Shown: piece by piece, positions 51,071 through 61,035 of the stretch
How positions within the stretch are numbered: position 1 is the first letter of the stretch
Layout: every line of letters begins with the position of its first letter
Sequence record: DRR378314_778
DNA length: 64,000 bases
Direction: 5' to 3' (one strand)
Made by a program: the position numbers and the translations under genes
The notes under the pieces: generated by a model
Seen by the model: only the letters and a program-made list of their open reading frames with translations
The model's database searches: none
What the model was told of the DNA's origin: nothing

Positions 51071-51862
51071 ATGACTCAATTTAAAACGATTTCCTTGGAT
51101 ATAGAGGATGGCTTGGCGATATTGACGCTAAACCGGCCAGAAGCAAAAAATGCGATTGATCTGGTCATGCGTCAAGAGCTGCCGGACGCCCTTCGAAAAG
51201 TAGAAGAAGACCCTTCGATTTATGCGTTAATTCTGACGGGGTCCGGCAATAGTTTTTGCGCCGGCGGTGATATCTCTGTGATGCGGGAAATGACTGGTGG
51301 TGCTGCCGAAGGACGAAGTCGCATGCGCCGAACAGGAAGTTTTGCAGCGCGTTTGTCGACATTAGATAAACCTGTGATTGGGGCGGTTGACGGTCCTGCA
51401 TACGGAGCGGGTTTTGGCATGGCGTTGGCTACGGATTTTGTCTTGGCATCACCCAAAGCAACCTTTTGTGCATCTTTTGCCAAGATCGGTTTAGTGCCAG
51501 ATTTTGGTCTTCATTTCTCCCTGCCGCGCCGGATCGGTATCTCTAAAGCAAAGGAGTTGCTGTTTTCGGCGCGGGTTGTAACCGCCGCAGAAGCGATGGA
51601 GTTGGGTTTACTTTACCAATTGATCGAAACTATTCCGGTTTTACAGGCCGCCAAGGTATTCGCCCAGCAATTTGCCGAGGCGTCAAATTTGTCAATCGGG
51701 ATTAGTAAGACGCTTCTTGATCAGAGCTTTTCAATGGATATTCATCAGGTGTTGGAGGCCGAGGCGGTCGGACAGGCGCTCTGTTTCACAAGTGATTATC
51801 ACAAAGACGCAACGGAGCGATTTCTAGCAAAACAACCACCTAAGTTTAACTGGCCAGCCTGA
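51071..51862 (+). CDS. Enoyl-CoA hydratase/isomerase family protein
   Basis: LNRPEAKNA, FCAGGDI, GPAYGAG, GLVPDFG. Confidence 0.92.
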   Translation: MTQFKTISLDIEDGLAILTLNRPEAKNAIDLVMRQELPDALRKVEEDPSIYALILTGSGNSFCAGGDISVMREMTGGAAEGRSRMRRTGSFAARLSTLDKPVIGAVDGPAYGAGFGMALATDFVLASPKATFCASFAKIGLVPDFGLHFSLPRRIGISKAKELLFSARVVTAAEAMELGLLYQLIETIPVLQAAKVFAQQFAEASNLSIGISKTLLDQSFSMDIHQVLEAEAVGQALCFTSDYHKDATERFLAKQPPKFNWPA

Positions 51863-51959
51863 CAGAAATTAGCGCAGATCCAATTAACCTAGTCGCAATT
51901 TAAAAAACTAAAAATGTGGGTGGCTGGCCTCTAGCCAGCTCAATTGAGGAGGAGACAAA

Positions 51960-52991
51960 ATGATAAAAAGACATCTTTTGAAGGCTATCGGAGCAACCGT
52001 CGCAATGACTTTGTTCAGTTTTGCCGCATCAGCAGACGAAAAAATTACACTGAAAATGGCTGATCAATTTCCGCTAACCCATGTGGCGTCAAAGCTTGGT
52101 ATGCAGGCATTCAAAAAGTCCATCGAAGAACAGAGTAATGGAAATATTGAAATTAGGATGTTTCCTGCGGAACAAATCTCTAAGGCTGCAGGTCTTTTCG
52201 ATGCGGTGAAAAACCGGATCGTTGATGTCGCAGTTGTCGGCGTGGTTTATGTTACAGACAAGGTTCCCTTAACCAGTGCTGCTGAGCTTCCAGGGTTGTT
52301 TACTAACTCCGTGAAAGGCAGCGCAGCTTTTGATAAATACATCAAAACCGATATTCTTGAGCGAGAGTATTTGGCTAATAACGTTCGTCCGCTCTGGGGT
52401 TTTATTACGCCGCCCTACCAGTTGATGCTCCGCAAAGGTGAGGGCATTAATGATATCGCGGATATCGAAAATATGAAGCTTCGGACTGCGGGTGCAACTG
52501 GCGAATTGATTGCCAAATCACTCGGCGCAGTTCCGGTGAAGGTTCCTGCTGCGGACCTGTATCTTGCTTTGCAGCGAGGAACGGTTGATGGCGCCATCTA
52601 TAACCCGCCCAGTACATTTGCCTATAAGATCGAAGAGGTTCTGGACGGTGTTTCCACCAATGCCAGCCTGGGCGCTGTGGCGTTTGCCACATTGATCAAT
52701 GAAGATGTCTGGCAGGATCTTCCCAAAGACGCTCAGGATCAATTGCTGAAGGTTAGTGCGGAAGTTCGGATGAACATGTCTACAAAATTTCAGCAGTTCA
52801 CAGACGGTGCCTATCCCAAACTGGATAAAGCCGGCGTAAAACCATTTCAGCTGTCAGAAAAGGTCCTCGGTCAGTTTGACCAGAAGCTGAAATCTGTCGA
52901 AAAGGAATGGATTTCCCAGATGGAAGGGCGGAATTTGCCGGGTGAGAAAATGCTAAATGCCTATAAGGCGCATTTGGCCGCGCAAGACTAA
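51960..52991 (+). CDS. TRAP substrate-binding protein (DctP family)
   Basis: Signal peptide, MKLRTAG, LYLALQRGTVDG. Confidence 0.92.
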   Translation: MIKRHLLKAIGATVAMTLFSFAASADEKITLKMADQFPLTHVASKLGMQAFKKSIEEQSNGNIEIRMFPAEQISKAAGLFDAVKNRIVDVAVVGVVYVTDKVPLTSAAELPGLFTNSVKGSAAFDKYIKTDILEREYLANNVRPLWGFITPPYQLMLRKGEGINDIADIENMKLRTAGATGELIAKSLGAVPVKVPAADLYLALQRGTVDGAIYNPPSTFAYKIEEVLDGVSTNASLGAVAFATLINEDVWQDLPKDAQDQLLKVSAEVRMNMSTKFQQFTDGAYPKLDKAGVKPFQLSEKVLGQFDQKLKSVEKEWISQMEGRNLPGEKMLNAYKAHLAAQD

Positions 52992-53053
52992 GTCAGAGTT
53001 TGTGAGTAGGGGGTGGATGATCCATACCCCTGTTCGCTCAGCAACAGGGGAAC

Positions 53054-53569
53054 ATGATGCGCACACAAGTTTCTGAGGTGCTTGGCTTTCTGGATCAGAT
53101 TTTCCTTCGAATAGCGCAAGTCGCGTTGTTCGTTATGATGATCTGTATCACGGTTGATGCATTGGGGCGATACGCCTTTGGGACGCCGCTTAGCGGAAGT
53201 TTTGAATTTACGTCCTTGTACCTGATGGTCATCGTCACCTTCTTGAGTATGCCGGCTACATATGCCCGTGGCGGCATGGTTAAGCTTGATGTTCTCGCCA
53301 AACACCTGGACAAATTACCTGGACAGGTTTCTGTGCGCCTGAACGCTCTGTTAAGCGCAGGTGCCTTCGGTAGTCTTACATGGTTTTCCGCTGGCGAAGC
53401 TTTGGAGAAATTTATCAAACTGGAGACCTCTTTTGGAGCCATCCAGTTCCCTCTTTACTGGAGCTATGTTTGGGTTCCTTTGGGTTGCGGGTTACTGACC
53501 CTTCGCTTGATTGCTGAGATTGTATTTCCAGTGAACCGATCTCAGACAGAGGAAGGAGAGCAGCTATGA
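53054..53569 (+). CDS. TRAP small permease (DctQ family)
   Basis: DALGRY, GSFE, four TM helices, position in operon. Confidence 0.9.
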   Translation: MMRTQVSEVLGFLDQIFLRIAQVALFVMMICITVDALGRYAFGTPLSGSFEFTSLYLMVIVTFLSMPATYARGGMVKLDVLAKHLDKLPGQVSVRLNALLSAGAFGSLTWFSAGEALEKFIKLETSFGAIQFPLYWSYVWVPLGCGLLTLRLIAEIVFPVNRSQTEEGEQL

Positions 53570-54864
53570 CATTGATCGCACTCGCAATCATATGTTTTTT
53601 GTTTTTCCTGTTGTTAAATGGAACACCTGTGGCGTTTGCCATGCTTGTGTCCGGGGCAACTGGTTTATATTTTGTCGGCGGAATATACCCCTTGGTTGGC
53701 GTGCTTAAGGCCGGCCCTTACGAGCATGTTGCCAGTTACACCCTGACCACGTTGCCCATGTTTATTCTGATGGCGGAGTTCTTGAATTCAGGGCGATTTA
53801 CGCGGGATCTATTTTCGGCATCTGACAAATGGTTGGGCCATTTGCGTGGCGGCGTGGCCTATTCTGCGATTGCCGGTGGTGTCCTGCTGGCGGCCATCTC
53901 AGGGTCTTCTTCGGCTGCTGCAGGGACGTTGGCATCTGCTGCATATCCCGAAATGAAGCGCTATGGATATGATGATCGGTTTTCCACAGCTGCCTTGGCG
54001 GTTATCGGAACTTTGGCGATTATGGTGCCACCCAGTATCGGTCTTGTGTTTTATGGGGTCATAACAGAAACGTCGGTTGGGAAATTGCTGGTTGCCGGGT
54101 TTATCCCGGGTGCTGTAACCGCCATTGGCTATGCGGTGACCATAAACCTGATGATCCGCCGCCGCCCGGAGATCGCCCCGCATTCTGCAACCCGGGCGAC
54201 CTTTCAGGAGCGAGTGAGTACGTTGAAAACCGTTTGGCCGGTTTTGACCCTAATGATTGTCATTGTGGTGACAATTTATAGCGGGATTGTTACGCCAACC
54301 GAAATTGGGGCTGTCGGTGCATTTCTTGCAATGATGCTTGCCTTGATGATGCGCCGCATGGGGTGGGCCGATTTTCTGAACGCTCTGAAATCAGCAACCG
54401 GAAATAGCGCAATGATCTTGAGCATCATTGCCTGCGCTGCGGTATTTGGTGTGTTCATTACGATGACTGGGGTGACACAAGATTTGCTTCTTGCCATTCA
54501 GGACGCTGATGTAAATCGGTATTTTGTCCTGGGTGCGGTGCTGCTGCTGCTCATGGTTTTGGGGTTTTTCCTGGATCAGATTGCTATTCTCGTTCTGACA
54601 TTGCCGTTGGTTTATCCGTTAATGGCAGGTTTAGGCTTTGATGCTGTCTGGTTGGGTATTCTATTTGTGAAAACTGCAGAGATTGGCTTGATTACACCGC
54701 CCATGGGTTTGAACGTCTTTATCGTTAGCAGTACGACACGGGTTCCCCCTAGTCGGATTTTTAGCGGTATTTGGCCGTTTTTACTAACCGAGTTAATTAT
54801 CCTGGCCCTTTTGATTGCTGTGCCAGCGCTGTCATTGTGGCTGCCGAAGGTTGCCGGGTTTTAA
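53566..54864 (+). CDS. TRAP large permease (DctM family)
   Basis: AISGSS, GTLAIMVPPS, ITPPMGLNVF. Confidence 0.94.
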   Translation: MTLIALAIICFLFFLLLNGTPVAFAMLVSGATGLYFVGGIYPLVGVLKAGPYEHVASYTLTTLPMFILMAEFLNSGRFTRDLFSASDKWLGHLRGGVAYSAIAGGVLLAAISGSSSAAAGTLASAAYPEMKRYGYDDRFSTAALAVIGTLAIMVPPSIGLVFYGVITETSVGKLLVAGFIPGAVTAIGYAVTINLMIRRRPEIAPHSATRATFQERVSTLKTVWPVLTLMIVIVVTIYSGIVTPTEIGAVGAFLAMMLALMMRRMGWADFLNALKSATGNSAMILSIIACAAVFGVFITMTGVTQDLLLAIQDADVNRYFVLGAVLLLLMVLGFFLDQIAILVLTLPLVYPLMAGLGFDAVWLGILFVKTAEIGLITPPMGLNVFIVSSTTRVPPSRIFSGIWPFLLTELIILALLIAVPALSLWLPKVAGF

Positions 54865-54887
54865 GGTTTGATTTGAAAGGAAATTCC

Positions 54888-55991
54888 ATGATTTTGTCGG
54901 GTGTTCGTGTTCTCGAAATCGGGCAGAACCTGTCAGGTCCGTTTGCGGGTGCTATTCTGGCTGATTTAGGCTGTACTGTTGAAAAGATCGAGAAGCAGGA
55001 TGGGGATGATGCCCGGAAGTGGGGACCACCGATCGCCAATGAAGGTTCCGCAATCTTTCATCTGATGAACCGGGGAAAGCACTCAACTGTTCTGGATCTG
55101 AAACAACAAAGTGACCGCTCTCAACTGATGGAAAAAATCGCAAATGCTGACATCCTGGTTCACAACATGCGGCCCGGCGCGATGGCGGCACTTGGTTTGG
55201 ATGGGGATAGCTTATGTGCACGGTTTGAACGGTTAATATATTGCGATATGGGCGCTTTTGGCCATAAGGGGCCATTGCGCAATCGGCCTGGTTACGAGCC
55301 GTTGATGCAGGCCTTTGCAGGTCTAGTCAGTGTGAACGGGCACCCAGATGGTCCTCAGGCCCGGATTGGGGCTTCCGTTGTGGATTTGGGGACTGGAATG
55401 TGGACTATCATCGGTGCGCTTGCGGCTCTTTGGAATAGAGAGCGGACGGGTAAGGGCTGTGTGGTGAATACCTCACTCTTGGAAACCGCTCTGATGTGGG
55501 GTGCGTCTCATCTGGCCACCTATATGGCCAGCGGCTTTCTACCTGCCCGCCATGGGACCGGACACCCATTGCTTGTCCCTTATCAGGCATTTGAAACTCA
55601 GGATGGCCCTTTGGTGATTGCACCAGGGAACGACCGTCTCTTCAAAGCTTTAGTAAAGGCGCTTGATCACCCTGAATGGGCTGAAGATGCCCGGTTTTTG
55701 GATAATGAACTCCGCCGGAAACATAAGGAGGAAATCATTGGCCTGATCGCCGGTGTGATCCGCCCCCTTTCCATGAAAGAGGTTGAGGATAAGTTGAACG
55801 CGGCAGGCGTTCCAAATGCGCCTATTCGAACTATGCCAGAGGTTTTGGAAGATGAGCAGGTAAAAGCGCTTGAGATTTTACAGGCGGTACCGGGATTGGA
55901 TGTCGGTATGATGGCGTTGCCGTTGTCTTTCGACGGGAACAGGCCGGAAATCCGGTCGCCAGCACCAGCCATAGGCAAAGATTTCGAGTAA
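54888..55991 (+). CDS. CaiB/BaiF family III CoA-transferase
   Basis: LSGVRVLE, NRGKHS, HNMRPG, PGYEPLMQAFAG; RBS AAGGA before ATG 54888. Confidence 0.93.
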   Translation: MILSGVRVLEIGQNLSGPFAGAILADLGCTVEKIEKQDGDDARKWGPPIANEGSAIFHLMNRGKHSTVLDLKQQSDRSQLMEKIANADILVHNMRPGAMAALGLDGDSLCARFERLIYCDMGAFGHKGPLRNRPGYEPLMQAFAGLVSVNGHPDGPQARIGASVVDLGTGMWTIIGALAALWNRERTGKGCVVNTSLLETALMWGASHLATYMASGFLPARHGTGHPLLVPYQAFETQDGPLVIAPGNDRLFKALVKALDHPEWAEDARFLDNELRRKHKEEIIGLIAGVIRPLSMKEVEDKLNAAGVPNAPIRTMPEVLEDEQVKALEILQAVPGLDVGMMALPLSFDGNRPEIRSPAPAIGKDFE

Positions 55992-56038
55992 ACGTGTAGC
56001 CAACTCTGAACGCAGATCTGCATCTTGATCTGGGATGG

Positions 56039-56854
56039 TTAGTCAGTAATCGGTGGCTTGGCTGACGGCCGCCAATTCTTCGGATCCGCAGAAAAGAAAT
56101 TATCAACAGTCCTTCGGGCTTGAAACAGATCACTTCTGATCAGAGCTCGGTGGGACATGATAGGGGTCCCATCGTCTGTAAATAAAGTTGAGTCAATCCT
56201 GGCCAAAGGCGAGGCCAAGGTAACGTCCAGGGCCAACGAGCTATCGTGATCAGCGTGTGTGATGGTTATGGTCTGTTGACCATTGACTTGCTGATAGTTG
56301 GTGTGATCGCGAATTAATTGCGCATATAGCCTTGTTTTATCGTCATCCTCCGGAATTTTCTCGTAAATCGTCTGAGGAATATAAAGAGTGACCAGTGAAT
56401 AAGGGACTTCAAAGAAAAAATGTTGCTTTCGGATCCGGACATAGGGTGCCATATCTTCCAGCAAAGGGGTGGTCACATTCAGGCATTCAGTACAGATGTC
56501 CCGGGACAGGATCTGAATAGTGAAGCGCGGATCGAGTTCCAGTTGATCATAAGGCGGCGGCTGGTCTGATAATTGAGGCTGTGCTTTATGAATAACAAAA
56601 GTTCCTCGCCCTCTTGAGCTGGAGACAAGCCCTTCGTCACTGAGGATACGGATTGCTTGCTGCACCGTTGCTCTGGCCACGCTGTATTTCTTTTGGAGGT
56701 TAGGCAAGGTATCAATTTGATGCCCGGTTATCCAGTCGCCTCGTTTGATTTTTTCCCGAAAAACACTGGCCAGCTTCAAATATAAAGGAATCCCATCGCC
56801 AGATCGTAGAGAGAGATCGTCTTTAGAGGTAAGGGTTTGGGCTTTGTTTGGCAT
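56039..56854 (-). CDS. GntR family regulator (HutC/UTRA subfamily)
   Basis: PLYLKLA...YSVARATVQQAI...RGRGTFV winged HTH; UTRA-like C-terminal domain. Confidence 0.88.
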   Translation of the reverse strand: MPNKAQTLTSKDDLSLRSGDGIPLYLKLASVFREKIKRGDWITGHQIDTLPNLQKKYSVARATVQQAIRILSDEGLVSSSRGRGTFVIHKAQPQLSDQPPPYDQLELDPRFTIQILSRDICTECLNVTTPLLEDMAPYVRIRKQHFFFEVPYSLVTLYIPQTIYEKIPEDDDKTRLYAQLIRDHTNYQQVNGQQTITITHADHDSSLALDVTLASPLARIDSTLFTDDGTPIMSHRALIRSDLFQARRTVDNFFSADPKNWRPSAKPPITD

Positions 56855-56860
56855 GTTACA

Positions 56861-57628
56861 TTAAGTCCCGCGAAAGTTAGCAGGGCGTCTTTCCGTATAG
56901 GCTGCAATCCCCTCTCGAAAATCCTCGGTTTTCATTTGGATTGTTTGTTCGGCAAGTTCCCGTTTTACGGCTTCCTGGACAAGTGTCGCGCGTTCCCCCA
57001 ATAGAGTTTGGCGCATGGATTGAACTGCAATGGGTGCGCAGGATGCAATCTCTTTTGCATAATCCAGAGTCACATCTGATAGCGCCTCATCATCGACCAG
57101 TTTATCGACAAGCCCGATGTCTTTCGCTTCTTCGGCCTTTAAACGTCTGCCGGTAAATAACAGGTCAGCAGCAGCCTGTTGTCCAACGACACGCGGTAAT
57201 GTTGCGCTAATCCCAAACCCGCAATGCAGACCCAGCTTGGAGAAGTTTGCAGAGAAACGGGCGGACGGGCTTGCTATTCGAAAATCAGCAAGCAAAGAAA
57301 GTCCCAATCCGCCGCCAATGGCCGGGCCATGTATTTGTGCAATTATGGGCAGCGGCAGTGAAAACAATCCCACAGCAGCTGTGTAGAGACGTTCGGCCTG
57401 TTCGGCGGATAGTCCTTCGCCGTTAAAATCGGCGCCGGCGCAAAAACTTTTCCCGTTGGCTTTCAAGATAACAACCCGGCAATCACCAGCGGCCAGTTGC
57501 TGGATAATATCCTGCAACTCCTTGATCAGTTCTGCACTGAAAAAGTTATGGGGTGGACGGTTCAGGGTAACAATGCCAAGAGAGTCAGATTGCTCTACCA
57601 GAATGTCGCCAGATGGAGTGTTAATCAT
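56861..57628 (-). CDS. Enoyl-CoA hydratase/isomerase family protein
   Basis: LNRPPHN, FCAGADF, GPAIGGG, DFREGIAAY. Confidence 0.92.
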   Translation of the reverse strand: MINTPSGDILVEQSDSLGIVTLNRPPHNFFSAELIKELQDIIQQLAAGDCRVVILKANGKSFCAGADFNGEGLSAEQAERLYTAAVGLFSLPLPIIAQIHGPAIGGGLGLSLLADFRIASPSARFSANFSKLGLHCGFGISATLPRVVGQQAAADLLFTGRRLKAEEAKDIGLVDKLVDDEALSDVTLDYAKEIASCAPIAVQSMRQTLLGERATLVQEAVKRELAEQTIQMKTEDFREGIAAYTERRPANFRGT

Positions 57629-57635
57629 AAGGGTT

Positions 57636-58859
57636 TCAATCCTGCTTCAAGTCGTCATGTGAGGCGAAGGTGCCTAGAATACCGCGTTTTTTTAAATCAG
57701 CAATTTGTGTTTCGTCAAAGCCGAATTCCGATAGAATTTCGGCACTGTGCTGGCCAAGTTCCGGCGGATAGATATCCGGTGCACTTTCAACGTCCTTCGC
57801 CGTAACGGGGGAGCGGACATGTCTTAATCGTCCCCTTGTAGGATGGTCATAGTCTTCAAATAGTCCGACCGCTTGAAGATGCGGGTCTTCTTCAAGGTCT
57901 TCCAGGGTTTTGACTGGTGCTGATGGAATGTCCAGTTCATCAAGTAGGCTTTGCCATTCTCTGGTGGTGCGGGTGGGCAGGATTTCATTTGCGGCCAAGG
58001 CATATAAGTCGGTGATATGTTTAGCCATGGCACTGCGATCCGTCATATAAGGACCGTCCAGAATATCCTGCCGGTCGATGGCTTTCAGGAATTTTTGCCA
58101 GTGCTCATACTTGTAAACTCCATGGACCAGAAACCCATCCTTGGTGGCGGACGGATGGCGATACGGGCTCATCACCCGCTTGTATCCGAGATCATCAATG
58201 GGCGGTTGGTAACTATGCCCGTTGAGATGCTGGTTCAAGACAACAGACACCATGGCTTCAAACATCGGGGTTTCGATATAACAGCCTTCTCCGGTTTTTT
58301 GCTGTCGGGTCAAACCAGCCAGCATGGCCTGCCCCAGCATCATACCAACAACTTTATCGGCGATAGCAACAGGGACAAATGTGGGTTTACCGCGCAATCT
58401 GCCGTTCACATCGGCAAGTCCGGACCAGGCTTGAATGACATCGTCAAAAGCCGGAAATTCGGCATAAGGACCCTCTTGTCCAAATCCGATCGCCGCACAA
58501 TAGACCATGCGGGGGTTCAATTCTCGAACAGCATCATATCCGAACCCAAGTCGGTCAATGGCTTGTGCCCGCATATTGTGAACCAGTAGGTCGGAATTGC
58601 GGATCAATTCTCTTAGGGTTTCTTGCCCTTCTTTAGATTTTAGATCCAGTGCGATACTGCGTTTGTTGCGGTTGACAGACATCCATTGGGCGCTCATTCC
58701 CGGATCTTTGGAAAGGCCGAGGGACCGATAATAATCTCCATCAAGTGATTCCACTTTAATCACATCAGCGCCCATATCACCCATAAACTGTGCCGCGTAG
58801 GGTGCCATCAAGATGTGCCCCAACTCCAGTATGCGGACCCCTTCCAGAAATTTATACAT
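57636..58859 (-). CDS. CaiB/BaiF family III CoA-transferase
   Basis: LEGVRILE, GADVIKVE, NRNKRS, PAFDDVIQAWSG. Confidence 0.93.
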   Translation of the reverse strand: MYKFLEGVRILELGHILMAPYAAQFMGDMGADVIKVESLDGDYYRSLGLSKDPGMSAQWMSVNRNKRSIALDLKSKEGQETLRELIRNSDLLVHNMRAQAIDRLGFGYDAVRELNPRMVYCAAIGFGQEGPYAEFPAFDDVIQAWSGLADVNGRLRGKPTFVPVAIADKVVGMMLGQAMLAGLTRQQKTGEGCYIETPMFEAMVSVVLNQHLNGHSYQPPIDDLGYKRVMSPYRHPSATKDGFLVHGVYKYEHWQKFLKAIDRQDILDGPYMTDRSAMAKHITDLYALAANEILPTRTTREWQSLLDELDIPSAPVKTLEDLEEDPHLQAVGLFEDYDHPTRGRLRHVRSPVTAKDVESAPDIYPPELGQHSAEILSEFGFDETQIADLKKRGILGTFASHDDLKQD

Positions 58860-59278
58860 TGGTTTGCTATTCCTATTCTTTTGCAGGATTTAAATCTTAA
58901 AAACCGTTATATAGGTTTTTATGCTGCGCTGCAAAGCATCACGTGATTCTTTTCGTCCTGGTGGCAAAAAAGGCTCTGGACAGGTATTCAAACCACCAGT
59001 TCTATCAGATTTCGCGGCTATTTTTCGGTGTTGTCGAATTATTTTGGATCTGTGGTTGAATTTAATTGCTATTTCGAGAGAACTATGAATAGTTACGTCC
59101 ATCGCATCGGGCGTAGTTGATAAATTTTATCACCAACGGTGCAGAATTCTCGCAATAAGTCGTAACGATAGAGTTGCCTGAAAGATCTTTTGAAGATCAG
59201 ATTTAATTAAGGCAGCTACCCTACGCAAGCTTCCAGAACTACAGACCTTTAGGTGCACGGTATGTTTGTGCTGTCCAA

Positions 59279-60679
59279 TTGGTCGATGAAAGTGACGACT
59301 TGATAAAGTTTACAGACCTCGCTCTTGACGAGGCTTTGCTTCGCGCAATTGATGCCGAAGGCTATACGATCCCAACCCCCATTCAGACTGACGTCATTCC
59401 TGCCATGCTGGCGGGGAACGATATTTTGGGCATTGCCCAGACCGGTACCGGAAAAACCGCTTCATTCGTTCTGCCATTGCTGCAGAAGATTCTGAAAAGC
59501 GGCTCTCGGGCCAAACCCAAAACCTGTCAGGCCCTCATCTTGGCGCCGACACGTGAGCTGGCAGCGCAGATTGCGGATAATATTTCCAATTATGCCCAGT
59601 TTACAAAAATCTCCGTTGCTGTTGTTGTGGGCGGTGTAAAACCAAAACCACAGATCCGCGCGCTGGCACCGGGCATTGACATTCTTGTCGCCACACCCGG
59701 ACGTTTGCTTGATCATATGTCAGCAGGCGTTGTCTCTCTTGATCAGACAAATGCCATTGTCCTGGACGAAGCAGATCAGATGCTGGATCTGGGCTTCATG
59801 CCGACAATTCGCAAAATTATGAGCCGGTTGCCGAAGAAGCGCCAGACGGTGATGATGTCGGCAACAATGCCGCCGCAAATCCGCAGACTGGCAACTGATT
59901 TCCAAACAGATCCCGTTGAAATTGCGGTTGCGGCTGTGTCTAAGCCGATTGAACGTATTGCTCAATCTGTCCAACATGTTCCTGCTGCTGAAAAGCGCAG
60001 CGTATTGACGGATATCTTGAAAGGGCAACCAAAAGATCGTGTGATTGTCTTCACCCGGACGAAACGGGGTGCAGACAAGGTCAGCCGCCATTTGGAAGGG
60101 GCTGGACTTTCTTCGGCCGCTATTCATGGCAATAAAAGCCAATCTCAAAGAGAGCGGGCCCTTGCCGCATTTCGAAACGATCAGATAACCATCCTGGTGG
60201 CCACAGATATTGCGGCTCGCGGCATCGATGTTGATGACGTGTCCCTGGTGGTTAATTATGAATTGCCTAATGTTGCAGAATCCTACGTTCACCGGATTGG
60301 CAGAACGGCCCGCGCCGGCCGGACAGGAAAAGCAATTGCGCTTTGTGATCCGGCGGAACGGGACCTACTTAAAGATATTGAGAAGCTGATCGGCAATCGC
60401 CTGGACAGCGTCAATGAGCCGGCGGCGCAAGCGCCAGCTCCCAAGGCAGCACCAAAACGGGCCAATTCAACTACTAACGGCCACCGGCCCAAGAAACCGG
60501 GCGCGCCAGATGGTCCAAAACAACAACGACGGCGGCGGGCTAAAAAGCCTGCAGCAAAGTCCACCCAATTCAATGATCGCTCATCTAACTCATCAGAAAC
60601 GATGGCGGGATTGAACCGCATGCTCGCAAACACGGGCTCGCAAAAACGAAATAAACCGTCTCACAGCGGTAAAAGATAA
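59279..60679 (+). CDS. rhlE: DEAD-box RNA helicase (RhlE-like)
   Basis: PTPIQ, AQTGTGKT, PTRELA, LDEAD, SAT, HRIGRTAR, basic C-terminal tail; start codon uncertain. Confidence 0.88.
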   Translation: MVDESDDLIKFTDLALDEALLRAIDAEGYTIPTPIQTDVIPAMLAGNDILGIAQTGTGKTASFVLPLLQKILKSGSRAKPKTCQALILAPTRELAAQIADNISNYAQFTKISVAVVVGGVKPKPQIRALAPGIDILVATPGRLLDHMSAGVVSLDQTNAIVLDEADQMLDLGFMPTIRKIMSRLPKKRQTVMMSATMPPQIRRLATDFQTDPVEIAVAAVSKPIERIAQSVQHVPAAEKRSVLTDILKGQPKDRVIVFTRTKRGADKVSRHLEGAGLSSAAIHGNKSQSQRERALAAFRNDQITILVATDIAARGIDVDDVSLVVNYELPNVAESYVHRIGRTARAGRTGKAIALCDPAERDLLKDIEKLIGNRLDSVNEPAAQAPAPKAAPKRANSTTNGHRPKKPGAPDGPKQQRRRRAKKPAAKSTQFNDRSSNSSETMAGLNRMLANTGSQKRNKPSHSGKR

Positions 60680-60722
60680 GTCAATAGTGACTTGTAACGA
60701 TCAGACATAAGGAACGATCAAA

Positions 60723-60932
60723 ATGGCTACTGGTACAGTTAAATGGTTCAACGGAACTAAAGGTTATGGTTTTATCGCCCCAACAGATGGCAGCTCAGAT
60801 GTGTTTGTACATATCAGTGCAGTTGAACGTGCAGGCCTGAACGGCTTGAACGAAGGGGACACAGTTGAATTCGAACTGGAAGTTGATAAATCCCGCAATA
60901 AATCTTCTGCAGTTAATCTGCAGGTGAAGTAA
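60723..60932 (+). CDS. Cold-shock protein (CspA family)
   Basis: [21 protein letters not shown]. Confidence 0.96.
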   Translation: MATGTVKWFNGTKGYGFIAPTDGSSDVFVHISAVERAGLNGLNEGDTVEFELEVDKSRNKSSAVNLQVK

Positions 60933-60969
60933 GACGACCAAGCCGCAAGGCTTAGTCAACTTATAAAAG

Positions 60970-61007
60970 AAGGTGCGCTTCTCCGATCTGGAGAGCGCAC
61001 CTTTTTT
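60970..61007 (+). terminator. Intrinsic terminator, probably bidirectional
   Basis: AAGGTGCGCTTCTCC-GATCT-GGAGAGCGCACCTT followed by a T-run, between convergent csp and sqr. Confidence 0.85.
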
Positions 61008-61035
61008 ATTGAGATTTGACCTTTGGTGGTTGAGG

